Source: Callorhinchus milii (taxonomy: Eukaryota). From it: DNA of 64,000 bases. Below are positions 35,008-46,600 of the stretch, in pieces. The notes under the pieces were generated by a model, which saw nothing but the letters and a program-made list of their open reading frames with translations, made no database searches and was not told the DNA's origin. A program made the position numbers and the translations under genes. The stretch is from assembly GCF_018977255.1 (NCBI RefSeq), contig NW_024704751.1, positions 5,642,001 through 5,706,000 on the forward strand. Reading direction: 5' to 3'. The number at the start of each line of letters is the position of its first letter. The first letter of the stretch is position 1.

Positions 35008-37015
35008 TTTGCATTTGACCCATTGATACTAACTGATCTGATCAAAATGGCAGCATTCCTATTTAATAGAAGAAATACAGATTACAGCAGCCTTGAGGAA
35101 TGGATTAATGCAGATGGATCTACAACAACAACAAATTACATTTAGATAGCACCTTTCACATCGGGAGGATGTCCCAAGGTGCTGGATATTCGCTTTATTT
35201 TAACTTGAGCCATAGATATTCAAACATGCGATTTACAAGCTACATTCACCATGGTCACATTTCCCTCAATACAATAGCGTGAACTCGGGGTAGAGATTTC
35301 AATGTATTGTTAAGTTCACTGGGTTTACATTGGCCATTGTATACCTGCATTGCTTCAGGGAGGGATTTGGGCATAAAGCCACAACCACCCAATCCATAGG
35401 AGAGTTCCAAGGCACCACATCCCCCTGCCAGCCCCATTAAACACCATAAAATAACCTGGAACATTAATGTTAACCCTGAACATTCAGAGCATAACTTTCC
35501 CTTCATAGATTAAACCTATTCTTCGCTTAACCTTCGCAACAATAGGATAGGGAAACATTCAAATATGTCACATTTCCAGTCAATATTTAGAACTTCTTTA
35601 TTGGACTAATGGGTCTGAATGTAATATCCTCAGACTCAAGAAAGTCCATTTCGGCCCCAGGAATGTTTTTCTATTCATGAAAGCGGATGCTTTCAATGGC
35701 CATGTTCACAAATGAATCCAATTAACAGTGGGGCCCTCAACACGGAAATATATTATGTTTCACTTTTGACAGCAAGAAAGTTAAATAATCCTTGCCAGTT
35801 TATAGGGAAGGGTGCATAGGCAGCAATCAAATCCTGAGGATATCCTTTCTCAATTCTCCTGCAATTGCTTAGGTCTCGAGCATTTACGCCAACACCTTGG
35901 CTCTCGCCAACCTGGATCTAATTCCCTCGTGAATTAGATAAGCAGGTGAAATACTTTAGAGATAGTTTGATGATACAAGTCACAAGTTCCACAGAAATGT
36001 CCCTGTATCTGGAATGGAATGTGCGCTCTCTCCCTTGAGGGATGTAATAATAATAATAATAACCTAGCATTTTGATATAGTGCCTTATCACGTCTTCGAG
36101 ACGTCTCAAAGCACTTCACAGGACATACTGTAAAATGTACCTTGCTTATCTAATTCAAGAGGGTATCAGATGCAGGTTGGCGGGAGCCAAAGCTTGGAGA
36201 CCCCAGATTGTGTGTTGGGGGTAACTGCTGAGGACCAAAGCAATTGCATGGGTGAAAGGATATCCTTCAGGTTTTGACTGCTGCCTCGGCACCCTTCTCT
36301 ACAGACTGTGCTGTGTGTGCTTGTTGCAATATATACTGCTGTGTGTGTATACATGCTACAGTAAAGTGGTGATATCAGCGAATTTGCAACACTTCAGTAA
36401 AAGTTATGAAACCATTTACAGTGGTTAGCATAACTCCGTGGAGCTGTCATTGCTGTCACTGTTTGTGGTGAACGAGCCTTTGTGAAGTGTCACTGCAGTC
36501 AGACCAAGTGTTGTAAACGCTGTAAAGCACAAGTAATCTCTAACTCCAGGTGTCCACGGAAGCCTCGCTTGTATCAACATTTGACCTATCAGTGACTCAC
36601 CTCCTCCGTTTTGATAACAGATGTACGGAAAGCGCCACACGTTGCCCAGGTCGACGGCGTAGCCTATGACGGAGAACAGAAAGTCTGCTTTCTTGCCCCA
36701 GTTCTCTCGGGGCAGCTGGAGTCCACAGGTGCCTGAAGGGAGGGGGCGCTGCAATTCGTTGGCATCTCCATTGCTGTTGCAGGCGACGGGACTCTGGACG
36801 GCCGAGCAACTATTAGAGAAGTGGACGGATTCCTCTTTCTCCCAGAGGCTGGAGGTCACTTTGCCCCCGCTCGCTTCCGAGGCTTTGTGGGACGAATCGG
36901 GGCTTCTGCACAGAACCCCGTTCTCTTTGTAATCCTCGTCATCCTTGAAGGGCTCTATCTCCTCCTCCGAGTATAGTGGAGAGATCTCGCTTTTTAAGGG
37001 AGGGATCACCTCCAT
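17909..37015 (-). CDS. SLC6A4: Sodium-dependent serotonin transporter SERT, 661 aa; complement(join(17909..18004,18989..19156,21139..21239,22619..22718,23352..23483,23855..23967,24768..24895,25626..25729,28246..28380,30130..30268,31764..31983,33320..33454,36601..37015))
   Basis: 13 GT-AG exons total 1986 nt with no frameshift. SERT signatures [14 protein letters not shown] (Y95, D98), [44 protein letters not shown]. Lies between NSRP1 and BLMH as in human. Confidence 0.97.
18989..19156 (-). CDS. SLC6A4: SLC6A4 coding exon 12 (FIIASF...TPGTFKQ)
   Basis: 168 bp, caacag| and |gtacgt. Confidence 0.95.
21139..21239 (-). CDS. SLC6A4: SLC6A4 coding exon 11 (GMKRFCRD...SPIFLM)
   Basis: 101 bp, ctttag| and |gtaaga. 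Confidence 0.95.
22165..22529 (+). mobile_element. tRNA-derived SINE family A, full-length, long form
   Basis: A box TAGCTCAGTGG, B box GGTTCGATTCC, tRNA-Ala-like loop, L2-like tail ...gagacgtctc...ggcgctgtat...ggatta. Confidence 0.9.
22619..22718 (-). CDS. SLC6A4: SLC6A4 coding exon 10 ([15 protein letters not shown]...SWFY)
   Basis: 100 bp, tctcag| and |gtaaga. Confidence 0.95.
23352..23483 (-). CDS. SLC6A4: SLC6A4 coding exon 9 (FAGLEG...STLTY)
   Basis: 132 bp, gttag| and |gtgagt; missed by the ORF track. Confidence 0.95.
23855..23967 (-). CDS. SLC6A4: SLC6A4 coding exon 8 (GASLLFITY...GLDST)
   Basis: 113 bp, caccag| and |gtaagc. Confidence 0.95.
24165..24270 (-). mobile_element. L2 LINE 3' fragment
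   Basis: LWNLLP...KSHLKTFLF motif; similar fragments at about 19660-19850, 24460-24700 and 60105-60145. Confidence 0.65.
24768..24895 (-). CDS. SLC6A4: SLC6A4 coding exon 7 (DALVTS...VAKDT)
   Basis: 128 bp, tttag| and |gtatga. Confidence 0.95.
25626..25729 (-). CDS. SLC6A4: SLC6A4 coding exon 6 ([18 protein letters not shown]...NNNFY)
   Basis: 104 bp, ttgcag| and |gtcagt. Confidence 0.95.
27051..27382 (-). mobile_element. tRNA-derived SINE family A, full-length, short form
   Basis: Same head and tail in reverse orientation, long (ATT)n tail. Confidence 0.9.
28246..28380 (-). CDS. SLC6A4: SLC6A4 coding exon 5 ([10 protein letters not shown]...LLTRQ)
   Basis: 135 bp, ctgcag| and |gtgggt. 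Confidence 0.95.
29970..30090 (-). mobile_element. CR1-like LINE 3' end fragment
   Basis: tagaatc...cagaaggccattcggccc terminus; related fragments at about 8640-8940, 21920-22100, 32905-33015, 39000-39310, 43655-43710 and 60480-60700. Confidence 0.6.
30130..30268 (-). CDS. SLC6A4: SLC6A4 coding exon 4 (RKVLQ...WKGVKTSGK)
   Basis: 139 bp, ccgcag| and |gtaggt. Confidence 0.95.
31208..31515 (+). mobile_element. tRNA-derived SINE family A, full-length, short form
   Basis: ggagtcctgtagctcagtgg head through ...aatgcaaggatattattatt tail. Confidence 0.9.
31764..31983 (-). CDS. SLC6A4: SLC6A4 coding exon 3 (TM3, EL2 cysteine pair and N-glycan sequons)
   Basis: 220 bp, GIGYAICII...SPAEEFF; |gtaagt. 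Confidence 0.95.
32278..32460 (-). mobile_element. L2 LINE 3' end with (GTT)n tail
   Basis: ORF2-end remnant followed by the tail ccagcacctcgggacatcc...aaatgtaatttgctgttg; other tails at about 4086, 8980, 10012, 16022, 20905, 35122, 42850, 51451, 51965, 58095 and 61556. Confidence 0.7.
33320..33454 (-). CDS. SLC6A4: SLC6A4 coding exon 2 (GAFLIPY...CPIFK)
   Basis: 135 bp, cgcag| and |gtaagg. Confidence 0.95.
33733..34253. mobile_element. Non-autonomous TIR element (MITE, Tc1-mariner/pogo-like), copy 1
   Basis: TA|CAGTAAAACCCACATAAATC ... GACTTTTGTGCGTTTTACTG|TA, 17/20 inverted match with TA on both sides; homologous to 59198-59537. Confidence 0.75.
33765..33856. repeat. Short tandem/palindromic array of (a)atatgactt units
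   Basis: 22-bp unit twice, two partial units, then the palindrome aagtcatatt-t-aatatgactt. Confidence 0.9.
36601..37015 (-). CDS. SLC6A4: SLC6A4 coding exon 1 (MEVIPPLK...YQNGG)
   Basis: ATG at 37015 in gcaATGG context; donor G|gtgagt; exon acceptor tgatctgcag| puts the exon start at 37145. Confidence 0.92.
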
Positions 37016-37589
37016 TGCCACTGCTTTACGGGGCCGATGTCCATTTGTAGCCAGAACTATCGTGGGGGGGTGGGGTGGGACACTGGGAACCAGTTAACAA
37101 GCTGAAGGCTGTCCTCACTTTTGCTCCTGCTCTGAACGTACGCACCTGCAGATCACACAGCGAAAAACAGAAAGTACACCAATTTTAACATGAGCAAATG
37201 CAAGCAATACATTTCTTATTGAGCTTCCGAAGCACCATTCATCCGTACGTCTGTCCAGAGATAAGGCAGGTGAAGATAAAGAGGAATTGGCACAGTTTCC
37301 TCAATTCCCTTCTTAAAAAAACACTTTGTAAATATTATTGCCGCTCAGCAAAGCCTTACGTGTCCTGTCTTGCTTAGTGTCACTTTCACTGGGGAACAAA
37401 AGGAACCAAGATTGTTTTCAAAGTTTTTTGGGACTTGGAAATATTTTTATGGCAGCTGGGAGGGTGGGGGGTTGGATGGTGGGGGATGGGGTAAATAGGA
37501 GGAGGTATGTGACCTGCTTTGACTTGTCAGTCTTTTTCCTTTTGTTAAAATATTTTTAGAATGCTTTATCTATTCATTTTCCTCGCTAT

Positions 37590-37921
37590 CTTATGACATA
37601 TCATCATCTCAAAGCGCTTCACAGAATATACTGTAAAGTGAATTGACTTGTCTATTTTGTGGGCAAAACGTGGCAGCCAATTGCACGCAGCAGCGTTCAC
37701 AAATAGTCGTGGATTTATTTATTTGTTTCGTTTTTGAAGGGATTATTACCCCCGGAAAAGCAATCCTCCAATCGACTAACAACCAGTTTCCGTATTACCG
37801 CTAGGTAAATAGAAGAGTGTGGAGTGAGGAAACTTGCCTAATGTTTCGCCCTGCCCAGGAATCATACCCAGGTCCTCTTGCTTGTGAAGCGATGGCTTTA
37901 ACCACTAAAGTACAGGACTCC
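37590..37921 (-). mobile_element. tRNA-derived SINE family A, long form
   Basis: Reverse copy with head ending acaggactcc. Confidence 0.85.
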
Positions 37922-38804
37922 ATAGTATAAGTAACATTATATCGTTCAGACTCATGATGATTTGGGAGTGAGAACGATTTACTAAAAAACTCAACATTTA
38001 CAATATATATTTTGTTAAGCGCTTTGAGACGTCTCAACGACGTGGTAAGACGCTATATCAAATGGAAGGGTTATTATCATTGATTACAATATGAAATACT
38101 TCAATGAGACATTTCCATGTTGTAGATTGCTCCCTTTAATTTCCTATTTTCCTTTTTGTTAACTTTAACCTGCGCACAACCCTTTCTTTTGAACTATTTG
38201 GGTTCAGCCTTTAAGCTAGTTTGGATTTCCTTATTTAGTCAATTTAGTCCCAAGTTTGCGATGTTTATTTTTTTTCTCCCTCTCTCAGATATATTTTCTT
38301 ATCTGTAAAAATGCTCGTTTTTTTTGTACGAAACAAAAATTTCTTTGTGTATTTTCCAGTTCTTCATCCCATTTAATCCTCTCTTAGAAACTTGTGCTGC
38401 CAGAGACATTCACTGTAATGTTATGTTTGGCTTCAACCTTGAGTACAATGTTCAACGATTCAATGATCAATGTTCAATGATCACCAGGGTTCAAATGCTC
38501 GCCAAATTTCAGGCTGACTCCTTGATTTGACAGTCATTTTTTTAATTTAATGGTGGCAATCAAAACTGTGGGAGGCAGAAATTGGGTGGCAATATTTTGG
38601 GATTTCTAACCATGCTATTCAGACCCCGACCAAATTGTATATGGGAAAATTTGCAGGACTTTCCACAAAATAGACAGTCAATTGACTTTACAGCAAATTC
38701 TGTGAAGGGCTTTGAGACATCTCAATGACTTGATAAGGTGCTATATCAAATGTTAATAAATATTATTAATAAATCTGTTCACAGAATAAAATATGCAGCC
38801 TTAC

Positions 38805-38899
38805 CTCTTAGCAAAATGAGGTGAACTTCACAAACAGTCGGGAGCACCTTTGAATTGCAGCATGCAGCAGAAGCCAATCAACTGCAAATCGCTTTACCA
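38805..38899 (-). other. SLC6A4: Candidate non-coding 5'UTR exon of SLC6A4 (exon 1B-like)
   Basis: Long (CT)n polypyrimidine tract with taaag| acceptor and AG|gtaagg donor bounding 95 bp upstream of the first coding exon; no transcript evidence. Confidence 0.5.
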
Positions 38900-39380
38900 C
38901 TTTAGAGAGAGAATGAGAGAGAGAGAGAAAAAAAATTGAATTATATGTGTCCGCCTACTTCTTTCACCGCTACCCATTTGACTGAGCTATTTGAATTCCA
39001 GCCCAAATTTTGCATGCATGCTGAATTGCATGATATTTTGACACACCCTCTCTCTCCCTCCTCCCTTACAAAGGACGTCACCTTCAACATCCCATCCAAA
39101 ACTTGAACAACGTTCGTAAGCTTGTTCCTGAATCTTGCCAGTGCATCTCAGTCCAATTCCCCCATTCCCTCCCTCTATCCGCCATGCAATAACTTTCGGA
39201 ATGGGACAGGACAACTGTTTGGTGTGGGGACACCAGCTGCTTTAAGCCCTTGCTCTCCCCCTCCGTAAACTTTTTCCAATCCTCTTCCAACGTTCGTACT
39301 TTACTGAGAGCCCCTGTCAGCAAATCAGGGGCTGAAGAAGCTTTTATCTCGCAAGAAGCAATCAGCAGGACCACATAGGA

Positions 39381-39671
39381 GGAGTACTGTAGCTCAGTGG
39401 TTAGAGCACTCACCTTGCAAGCGAGGGACCTGGGTTCGATTCCCGGCAGGGCGAAACCTTGGGCCAATTGCCTTACTCCACAACGCCTGATAATAATTTT
39501 CAAGAAAAAAAACAATAATAAAATTGGTCACTTCTATCCACGACTGTTTGTGGGACACTGCTGTGTTTCGCCCACAAATATACAGTCAATTTACTTTACA
39601 GTATTTGTTGTGAAGCACTTTGAGACGTCTAGAAGACATGAAAAGCACAATATCAAATGTAAGGATTATTC
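39381..39671 (+). mobile_element. tRNA-derived SINE family A, short form
   Basis: A and B boxes intact, tail present. Confidence 0.9.
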
Positions 39672-40900
39672 TTATAGTAACAGCTGGATTGAGTAATAAT
39701 TTTGACTCTCTCCTTGATTTTGCAATAATATCTTTTTTTTCAAAAAAAAACCCTGTGGCACCCATTTGTTGAAAGGTAGTTCAAAACGAACAGTTAGATA
39801 CGGACAACAGAAACTTCTCCCTGTTATCTGTTCCCCTCCCAAATAAAATTGGTCATGACTGTTAGTGTGTGCAAATCGACTGTCGCACTCGCCTACAAAA
39901 TAGACAGTCACTACGCTTCACAGTAAATCCAGTGAAGCGCCTTCTCCTGACGCGAAAGGTGCGATATCAAACCCAAGGATGATTATTCTTCTTATTATAA
40001 TCAGACAAAGCATGCCTTAAGCACATAGGGTCCCCAAACAAAGCCAATACAGCATTGGGAATATGCTGCATTGCCTTAATAATATTCCTCGTGTTTGAGG
40101 CACAGCTCCTTGTATCACGTTGTCGAGACGTCTCAAAGCGCTTCGCAGAATACACTGTAAAGCGAATCGACTGCGTATTCTGAGTGCGAAACGCGGCAGC
40201 CAATTGCGCACAGCGGCGTCCCCACAAAACAGTGGTGGATTGAAGTGACGGAATTATTATTAGTATTACTATTAAAGGAATTAATACTCCCCAACCCCCA
40301 TCCCAGAAAAGCAATCCCTGGCCAATCCACTAACAGCTGGGTTCCAACTTACTGCTCGGTAAACAGAGACTTGTGGACTGAGTTAACACCAGTCGTTAGG
40401 AAATACTAAGTAAAACAAATGAAAAACTCACGGGGATTAGTCGATACGAGTTATTTACATCTGAGGCGTTATCGGTGTTGAAGGCGCAAAGTATCAGGGC
40501 GTCAACACACACTTAAGCTCCGGATTTTCCTGAACTCTTGTCGAGTCCAAATCCAGTCTGGTTAGCAGAGGTGGGAATCAGAGGAATAGTCTCCTTAGTG
40601 TGTGTGTGTGTGTGTGTGAGGGTGGGAGATAAATAGAGATAGAGAGAGAAAGCAAGCAAACAGGCTGATCAGATCAGAAATAAAAATGTACCCTTTTTTC
40701 TTGCAAACAAAACAAAACATTGCAAATCTTTTCTTTCAAAGTGACCTTCCCCCCCCCTCTCTCTCTCTCTCTCTCTTTCTCACACACACACACTCTCTCT
40801 CTCTATCTATCTCTCTCCTTAAGAAAGTTAAGATTTCTTCCCACCCAAAGAGTTCTCAACGTTGACTTTTACCTTCCAATTGCCAATCAAATGCACTTAC

Positions 40901-41300
40901 CTGCAATCCAATTCTCCAACGTATATACACACCTACACACCCACACAATATGTATATATATATATCATGTAAATATAGATGCATTTATCGATTTGCCTGA
41001 GATTTTACACTCACCTTACACGCAGTTTAAAGGTACTGGAACAAAACACACCATCATCACAGCGTTGCAACGTACAAAAGACACTGCTCTCTGGTCGATT
41101 GCAGCAGAAATGTAACTCCCCTCATTTGGAATTAAAGGCAATTCAGCTTCTTTGAGGGGGGGACAGGTTTTTTAACGAAAGCACAGTCTCTCTCTCTCTC
41201 TCACACACCACACTCACGTCTTGGTTCTGCACACAGTGCAAACGCTCCCTTTCCTGTTGCTCTTTAAAGAGACCTTCCTAAGTGTCATCTGCATCACCAT
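40901..41300 (-). promoter_or_regulatory. Candidate first exon / promoter region of SLC6A4; 5' limit unknown
   Basis: Consensus donor CAG|gtaagt at 40901/40900 in a SINE-free, microsatellite-rich block; other donor-like sites near 41010 and 41545. Confidence 0.3.
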
Positions 41301-42813
41301 ATAAAAAAAATAGGTTTGACCATGTCAGTGTTATTTCCAAACACACACACACACACACACACAAGACTCTCTCTCCTCTCCTCCACCTTCTCTTTCTCTC
41401 TCTTTTGTCTGGTTGCAAAACAAGCCACTTGTTCAGAACTCTTTAAACTCTCTCCTTTCTTTCTCTCTTTCTTTCTTTTCTCTCTGTCTCTCTGTGCACA
41501 CACACAAAAAAAAGGCTCAGCAAAGCCTCAATGAATCCACTCACCTCCTCTCTGCTGAAAGGCAATGCAAAAAAAAAACACACACAGTACCTGTTAAGTA
41601 AAGGGGGTTCAATCCTGCAAGAGAGGGGTTTAAACTGTGGTGCAGATCCCACTGCTCTACACATCTCTCTGTAGGGGTAGGGGGGTTGGATTGGGGTTGG
41701 GTTTGAGGGGGTAGAAAGAGGGAGGGGAGAATAACATGAGCAATTGAACCTATTTTAGAGCTTTTTGTAGAAACGAGCTGTCTCACATGATTTGATTTTC
41801 AGATAATCTGGGGCTGACACAATCTCCTCCCCCACCCACCCTTTGCTTATTATATTAATGCCATCTTATTCATGTCACATTAAACTGGAGAGAAAAGAGA
41901 TTACACTTAAGACACCCACTACCACCCCCCTCCCCTCTCCTCCCCTCCCCTGGCTGTGGGAGAAAAGAGATTATTCATTTTTATTTAGTTTTAAGTTTTT
42001 TAAAAAAAATTTAGGGGGGAAAGAGGGATTTGAAGAGGGGTACAAAGGGTCCCACTTTTTTTTTGGGTGGGGGTTGTTCAATGACAGTCACAAAAGGGGT
42101 TTAGATTGCATTCCAGTTAGGGTATACCAGCCCAAAAGAGTTCAGATTGTAGTTGTTTTTGTTCCTGTTCTGGCCATTCACACACTGACTGAGTTGAGTG
42201 AGTGATTGAGTGCTGTAATCTAAGGACGGTTGAAGGTTACAATAAACTGTACAAAGTCCAGTGGATTGCATTGGGGGACTGACCCAACTGATTAATGCTA
42301 ACCTTGCAGACATAAAAAGGTGGAGAAAGCTTAATTGCCGTGCGCAATTGGCTGCTGCGTTTCGCCTGCAAAGTACAGTCAATTCACTTACAACGTATAT
42401 CTCGTGAAGCGCTTCGAAACCTCTTAACGATGTGATAAGGCGTCATATCAAGTGCAAGGATTATTACTATTATATTCATTCTTACACACAAAAATGCATG
42501 TGTGCATTATGCGCCCCCCAAAACAGTCCAAATTCCTCTTGAAGGGGTGTCCTTTTTAATGCACAAATAATAGATTGTATTTATTATCTACTGTAATAAA
42601 TGGATTTTTATATTTGCGATGAATTGGGAACAAAGGCAGACTTGCATTACTTTCTTTTTAAATGTTCAGTTGTACTGAACGCGCCAACCAGTCGGCAGAT
42701 GGGAATTCACTTCACGTATAAATTCTAGCTTGGTTTATAGCTTAAGTATGCGTTTGCAGATTGCAATGGCGAAGAGAGTTTTACTTTTAAAAAATCTTTG
42801 GAGGATAAAATAA

Positions 42814-42847
<34 letters not shown>

Positions 42848-43312
42848 TTTGTGCAGCGCCTTGGGACGTCCTCCTGACGCAAATGTAATGTGTTGTTGTT
42901 GTTGTTGGAGGCATTTCACTGCACATAATCAAACGATAGCTTGGTTCACAGCTAAGTTACGCAAAATAAACGTTACTTTAAAAGCATGCAGAAGGGAGGA
43001 GGGGTGGTGGGGTGGGGGGGGGTTAGAAGATAAAATAAAGTAAGTGTGTGTGTGTGAGTGAGTGAGTGTGTGTGTTCGTGACCAGTCTATGGGAACATCG
43101 CCAATGACAGCTTCAGGTGCTATCAAACACCGGTTTCCAACAGGTCGTTTTCTGTGCTACTGGCGCCACCCTTCAGGCAATAGGGTGCCATTGCAAGCAA
43201 TCGGGTGCGCGCCTCTTTTTTTTTAGGAAACTGCTTTATAGCAATGTTTTCTTCGCTGTTGAATGAACGAAGATTACGGGGAAAGAGTGGGGGAGTGGGG
43301 ACTAGACTAGTC

Positions 43313-43645
43313 GGATAGCTGTAGCTCAGTGGTTAGAGCACTCGCTTTGCGAGCGAGAGACCCGAGTTCAATTCCAGGCAGAGGGCGAAACCTTGGGCAA
43401 GTTTCCTTACTGCACACAGAGCCTAATAATAATCCCTCCAAAAACCCCAAAACAATAATAAATTGGTCATTTTCAATCTACGACTGTTTGTGGGACATTG
43501 CTGTGCGCAATTGGCTGCCGCGTTTGCCCACAAATATACAGTCAATTCACTTTACAGTGTGTTCTGTGAAGCGCTTTGGGACGTCCTCCCGACGTGAAAA
43601 GCGCTATATCAAATAAAATGCAAGGATTATTATTATTATTATTAT
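43313..43645 (+). mobile_element. tRNA-derived SINE family A, short form
   Basis: Body nearly identical to the 27051-27382 copy. Confidence 0.9.
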
Positions 43646-46600
43646 AGCTTTTTCACAGTCACGATGGGCCGAATAGTCTCCTTCTGCGCTGTAAGATGCT
43701 ACGATTCTAATTTTCCTATGCATCGCAGACGAAAAATGTATCCAAAGCGGGTGAAAATATCGCGAAATGCACACACACACACACACACAGGGGCATGGGG
43801 AAATGACAGAGGATAGTATAATGGTTTATATTACAATAGCATTGGGGTCAGGTTACATCCCATGATTGCCAGTTTCGTTATACAATGTTGTGCCAAGTGC
43901 TGTATGCAGCGAGTGAACGTTTCAAACTCTGGCTCCCTTTGGCCACTTCCCAACAGGCTGATCGGAGAAAGACAGATCTCTGCTTCTTTCGCGTATATGA
44001 GTTAACTGACCTCTGCAGTGTGTTCTGACTGGCCAGTGTATGTGTGAGACACCTTTTTGTTGGAATAGGAGCCTCCGAGGTGGAGGGCTTTGAAGTGCGA
44101 AGGTTAAATGACCGCATGAAATGCTAAACTTTAACGCTTAATGTCGGTAGCCCTCTCACCTCGGAATCAGAAGGTTGTGGGTTCAAACTGCACAAGTGGG
44201 ACTTGGAATCACATAGTCTAAGCTGAGGCTCCAATGCAGCGCTGGGTGGGTGTGTTGCATTGTTGGAGGTGCCATCCTTGATAACTCAGGAGCATATTAA
44301 TAATAACAATAATCCTTGCATTCAATATCGTGCCTTATCACTTCTTCGAGACGTCCCAAAGCACCTCACAGTGTATACTGTAAAGTGAGTTGACTGTATA
44401 TTTTGTGGGTGAAACAAGCATAGTGCCCGAGCAAAGCTGGCTTGGTTTACGACGTCAAATAAAGTTCCTAAACAGATATTAGCTTGTACAGTAATTAATG
44501 ATCAATTTTGCATCTAGAGGTATTAAATCCGAGTAAAACCATTTAATTGCTGAGCACACCCGGGCACCCTTTCAACTTAGACGACTTGCCAGCCAATAAT
44601 TAACAAAAAGACTAGATAGAGCCTTTGACGTCTGATATCGCTGTCTTCGGATATCAGAGAAGTAAAACATTTTTTTTGTCTAATGAGACTGGGATCTATT
44701 CTGACCAGAGGCTGTAAAGTGATTGCCTGCTTATCTATTGCTAGTAAATAAATCTGGCAAACCCTATTATCTCATTTAAAGATCCTCGGGAAAAGGCCAA
44801 ATCAAATTCCTTCCGTGGATTGATCCAGCTGTTTACTTAAAATTATTTCCAGGAAAAGCCAGAATAGCTCACGAAAGTAAAGGGCGTGCAGCTGGCAGAT
44901 TAACTGTTACTGAGAGGCTTGCTAACTTAAATGAGTGATGAAGCGAATTGGCAGGATCTCCTTTCTGGATTCTATTTTCCACCAGCCCAACTTTCTATTA
45001 CAGTATGCTTCCCTCCTCCCGTTTCTGCTGGTAGGAGTTAAAAAAAAACAGGAGCAGAATCACGCGCTTGCATTCGGAGTGTTGTCAGCCTGGCTCCATT
45101 TCCATAGGCACTCTCTCTCTATCGCCTCGCATCGCCTCCCGAGTCAGAAGGTTGTAGGTTCAAGTGCCCAAGTCGGGGGACTTTGAGCTCATATGGTTTA
45201 GGCTGACGATCCAGCACAGGGTGTGTGTGTGTGTGTCGGTGTGTGTGTGTGTGTCGGTGTGTGGGGGATGGGGGATGAAATCATCCCGCGGGCTGGATGC
45301 ACTGTAAACCTCGGTTCCATCTACACATTAAAGATCCACCTGAATTAGAAAAATTATTAGAAAAAAGTAGGCAGTTTCTCCCACCTCTTGGTGGTGGCAA
45401 AAGATTGGGGGGGTGGGGGGGAGCTGAGGAAAGGGTTTACCCTGAACCGTGTTCAGAGCACTGTCCCTGCTCTGAACGCCCTTCTTGACTTGAAGAATTA
45501 TCCCCATCAGCTCTCTCTCTCTCTCTCTCTCTGTGCAGTGTTTTAACCTGAATGCAAACCTGGGCTGCGTTACAAACAGATGGACGTCTTTCAACCCAAA
45601 ATAGACCTCGGTTGGCAGAACCCACCAAAAGCCAGCGCAAAGTGGAACACATTTGTCAGTGTGGTTCTGCGATTGATGAGTTGTGAAGTTAAAATCTCTA
45701 ACTCTAAATTTTTCTAGGAAATCGCTCACAGTTATTAGATCCTGTCGAGGAAGAAATGCTCTCAATCGATGCTGCACTTGCAGATCGATCGTGTAAACAA
45801 ATGACTTGATTGCACATGGGATCGGCACGTGGGTTCAAAAGGCCCCACGTCAAGACTTTGGACTCGCTTTGAAAGGCTGGCAAATCCAATGCAGCGCTGT
45901 ATTGTTTGGAGGCAATTAAACTGAGGTTGCGTCCACCTGTAGATAGAAGCTAAAGATCCCATTATTCTATCTGAAAAGAGAAGGGAGTTTCTCCCAGTGT
46001 CCCTGCTTGGCCTACCATTCTCCAGTCAACATTGGCTATTGACTTCATGGCTGTCTATGGGACATTGCTGTGCACAAATTGGTTGCCACGTTTACCTACT
46101 AATGAACCGATGCTACACTTCGCAGAAAACACTGCAAAGCGCTTTGAGAGGGTTCCACATTCATCTCTCACTCTCTTCAGGCCCTTGAAAAAAAACACCT
46201 AGTTATTCCATTGTGGCCCTACAAAACACACAGTCACCATCTTATAATAATAAGATAATAATAACTTCACATCATATCCAGCGAAGCACTTTGAGATGCT
46301 CTCCGAACCTGAAAAGTTATATATATAACTATATATATCAAATATATATGTAAAACTATATATATATATATATATCACTATATCAAATGCAATATAAAAA
46401 CATATGGAAGTCAGTTGTACGATTCGCACAGATGTGTTGCCAAGAAGCCACATGTGTATGTGATTTCCTATGGTCATTAATAATACGAAGTGATTCTGAG
46501 TCAGGGAAAATGGCATTGATTTTCATCAGACCATTGGGTTATGACACTTCTGCATATTCTATATATTACAGAGATTCACATTCTTCACTACTTGAGATAA

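Noticed and set aside
37016-37021. ORF-track start of SLC6A4 at 37021 (MAMEV)
   Set aside because: That codon is GTG; the first in-frame ATG is at 37015
41300-43300. 5-HTTLPR-like promoter VNTR
   Set aside because: Only simple microsatellites and G/C runs; no 20-23-bp repeat array
43329-43616. Recurrent ORF family (...[15 protein letters not shown]...)
   Set aside because: Chance translation of SINE copies; frames differ and break between copies
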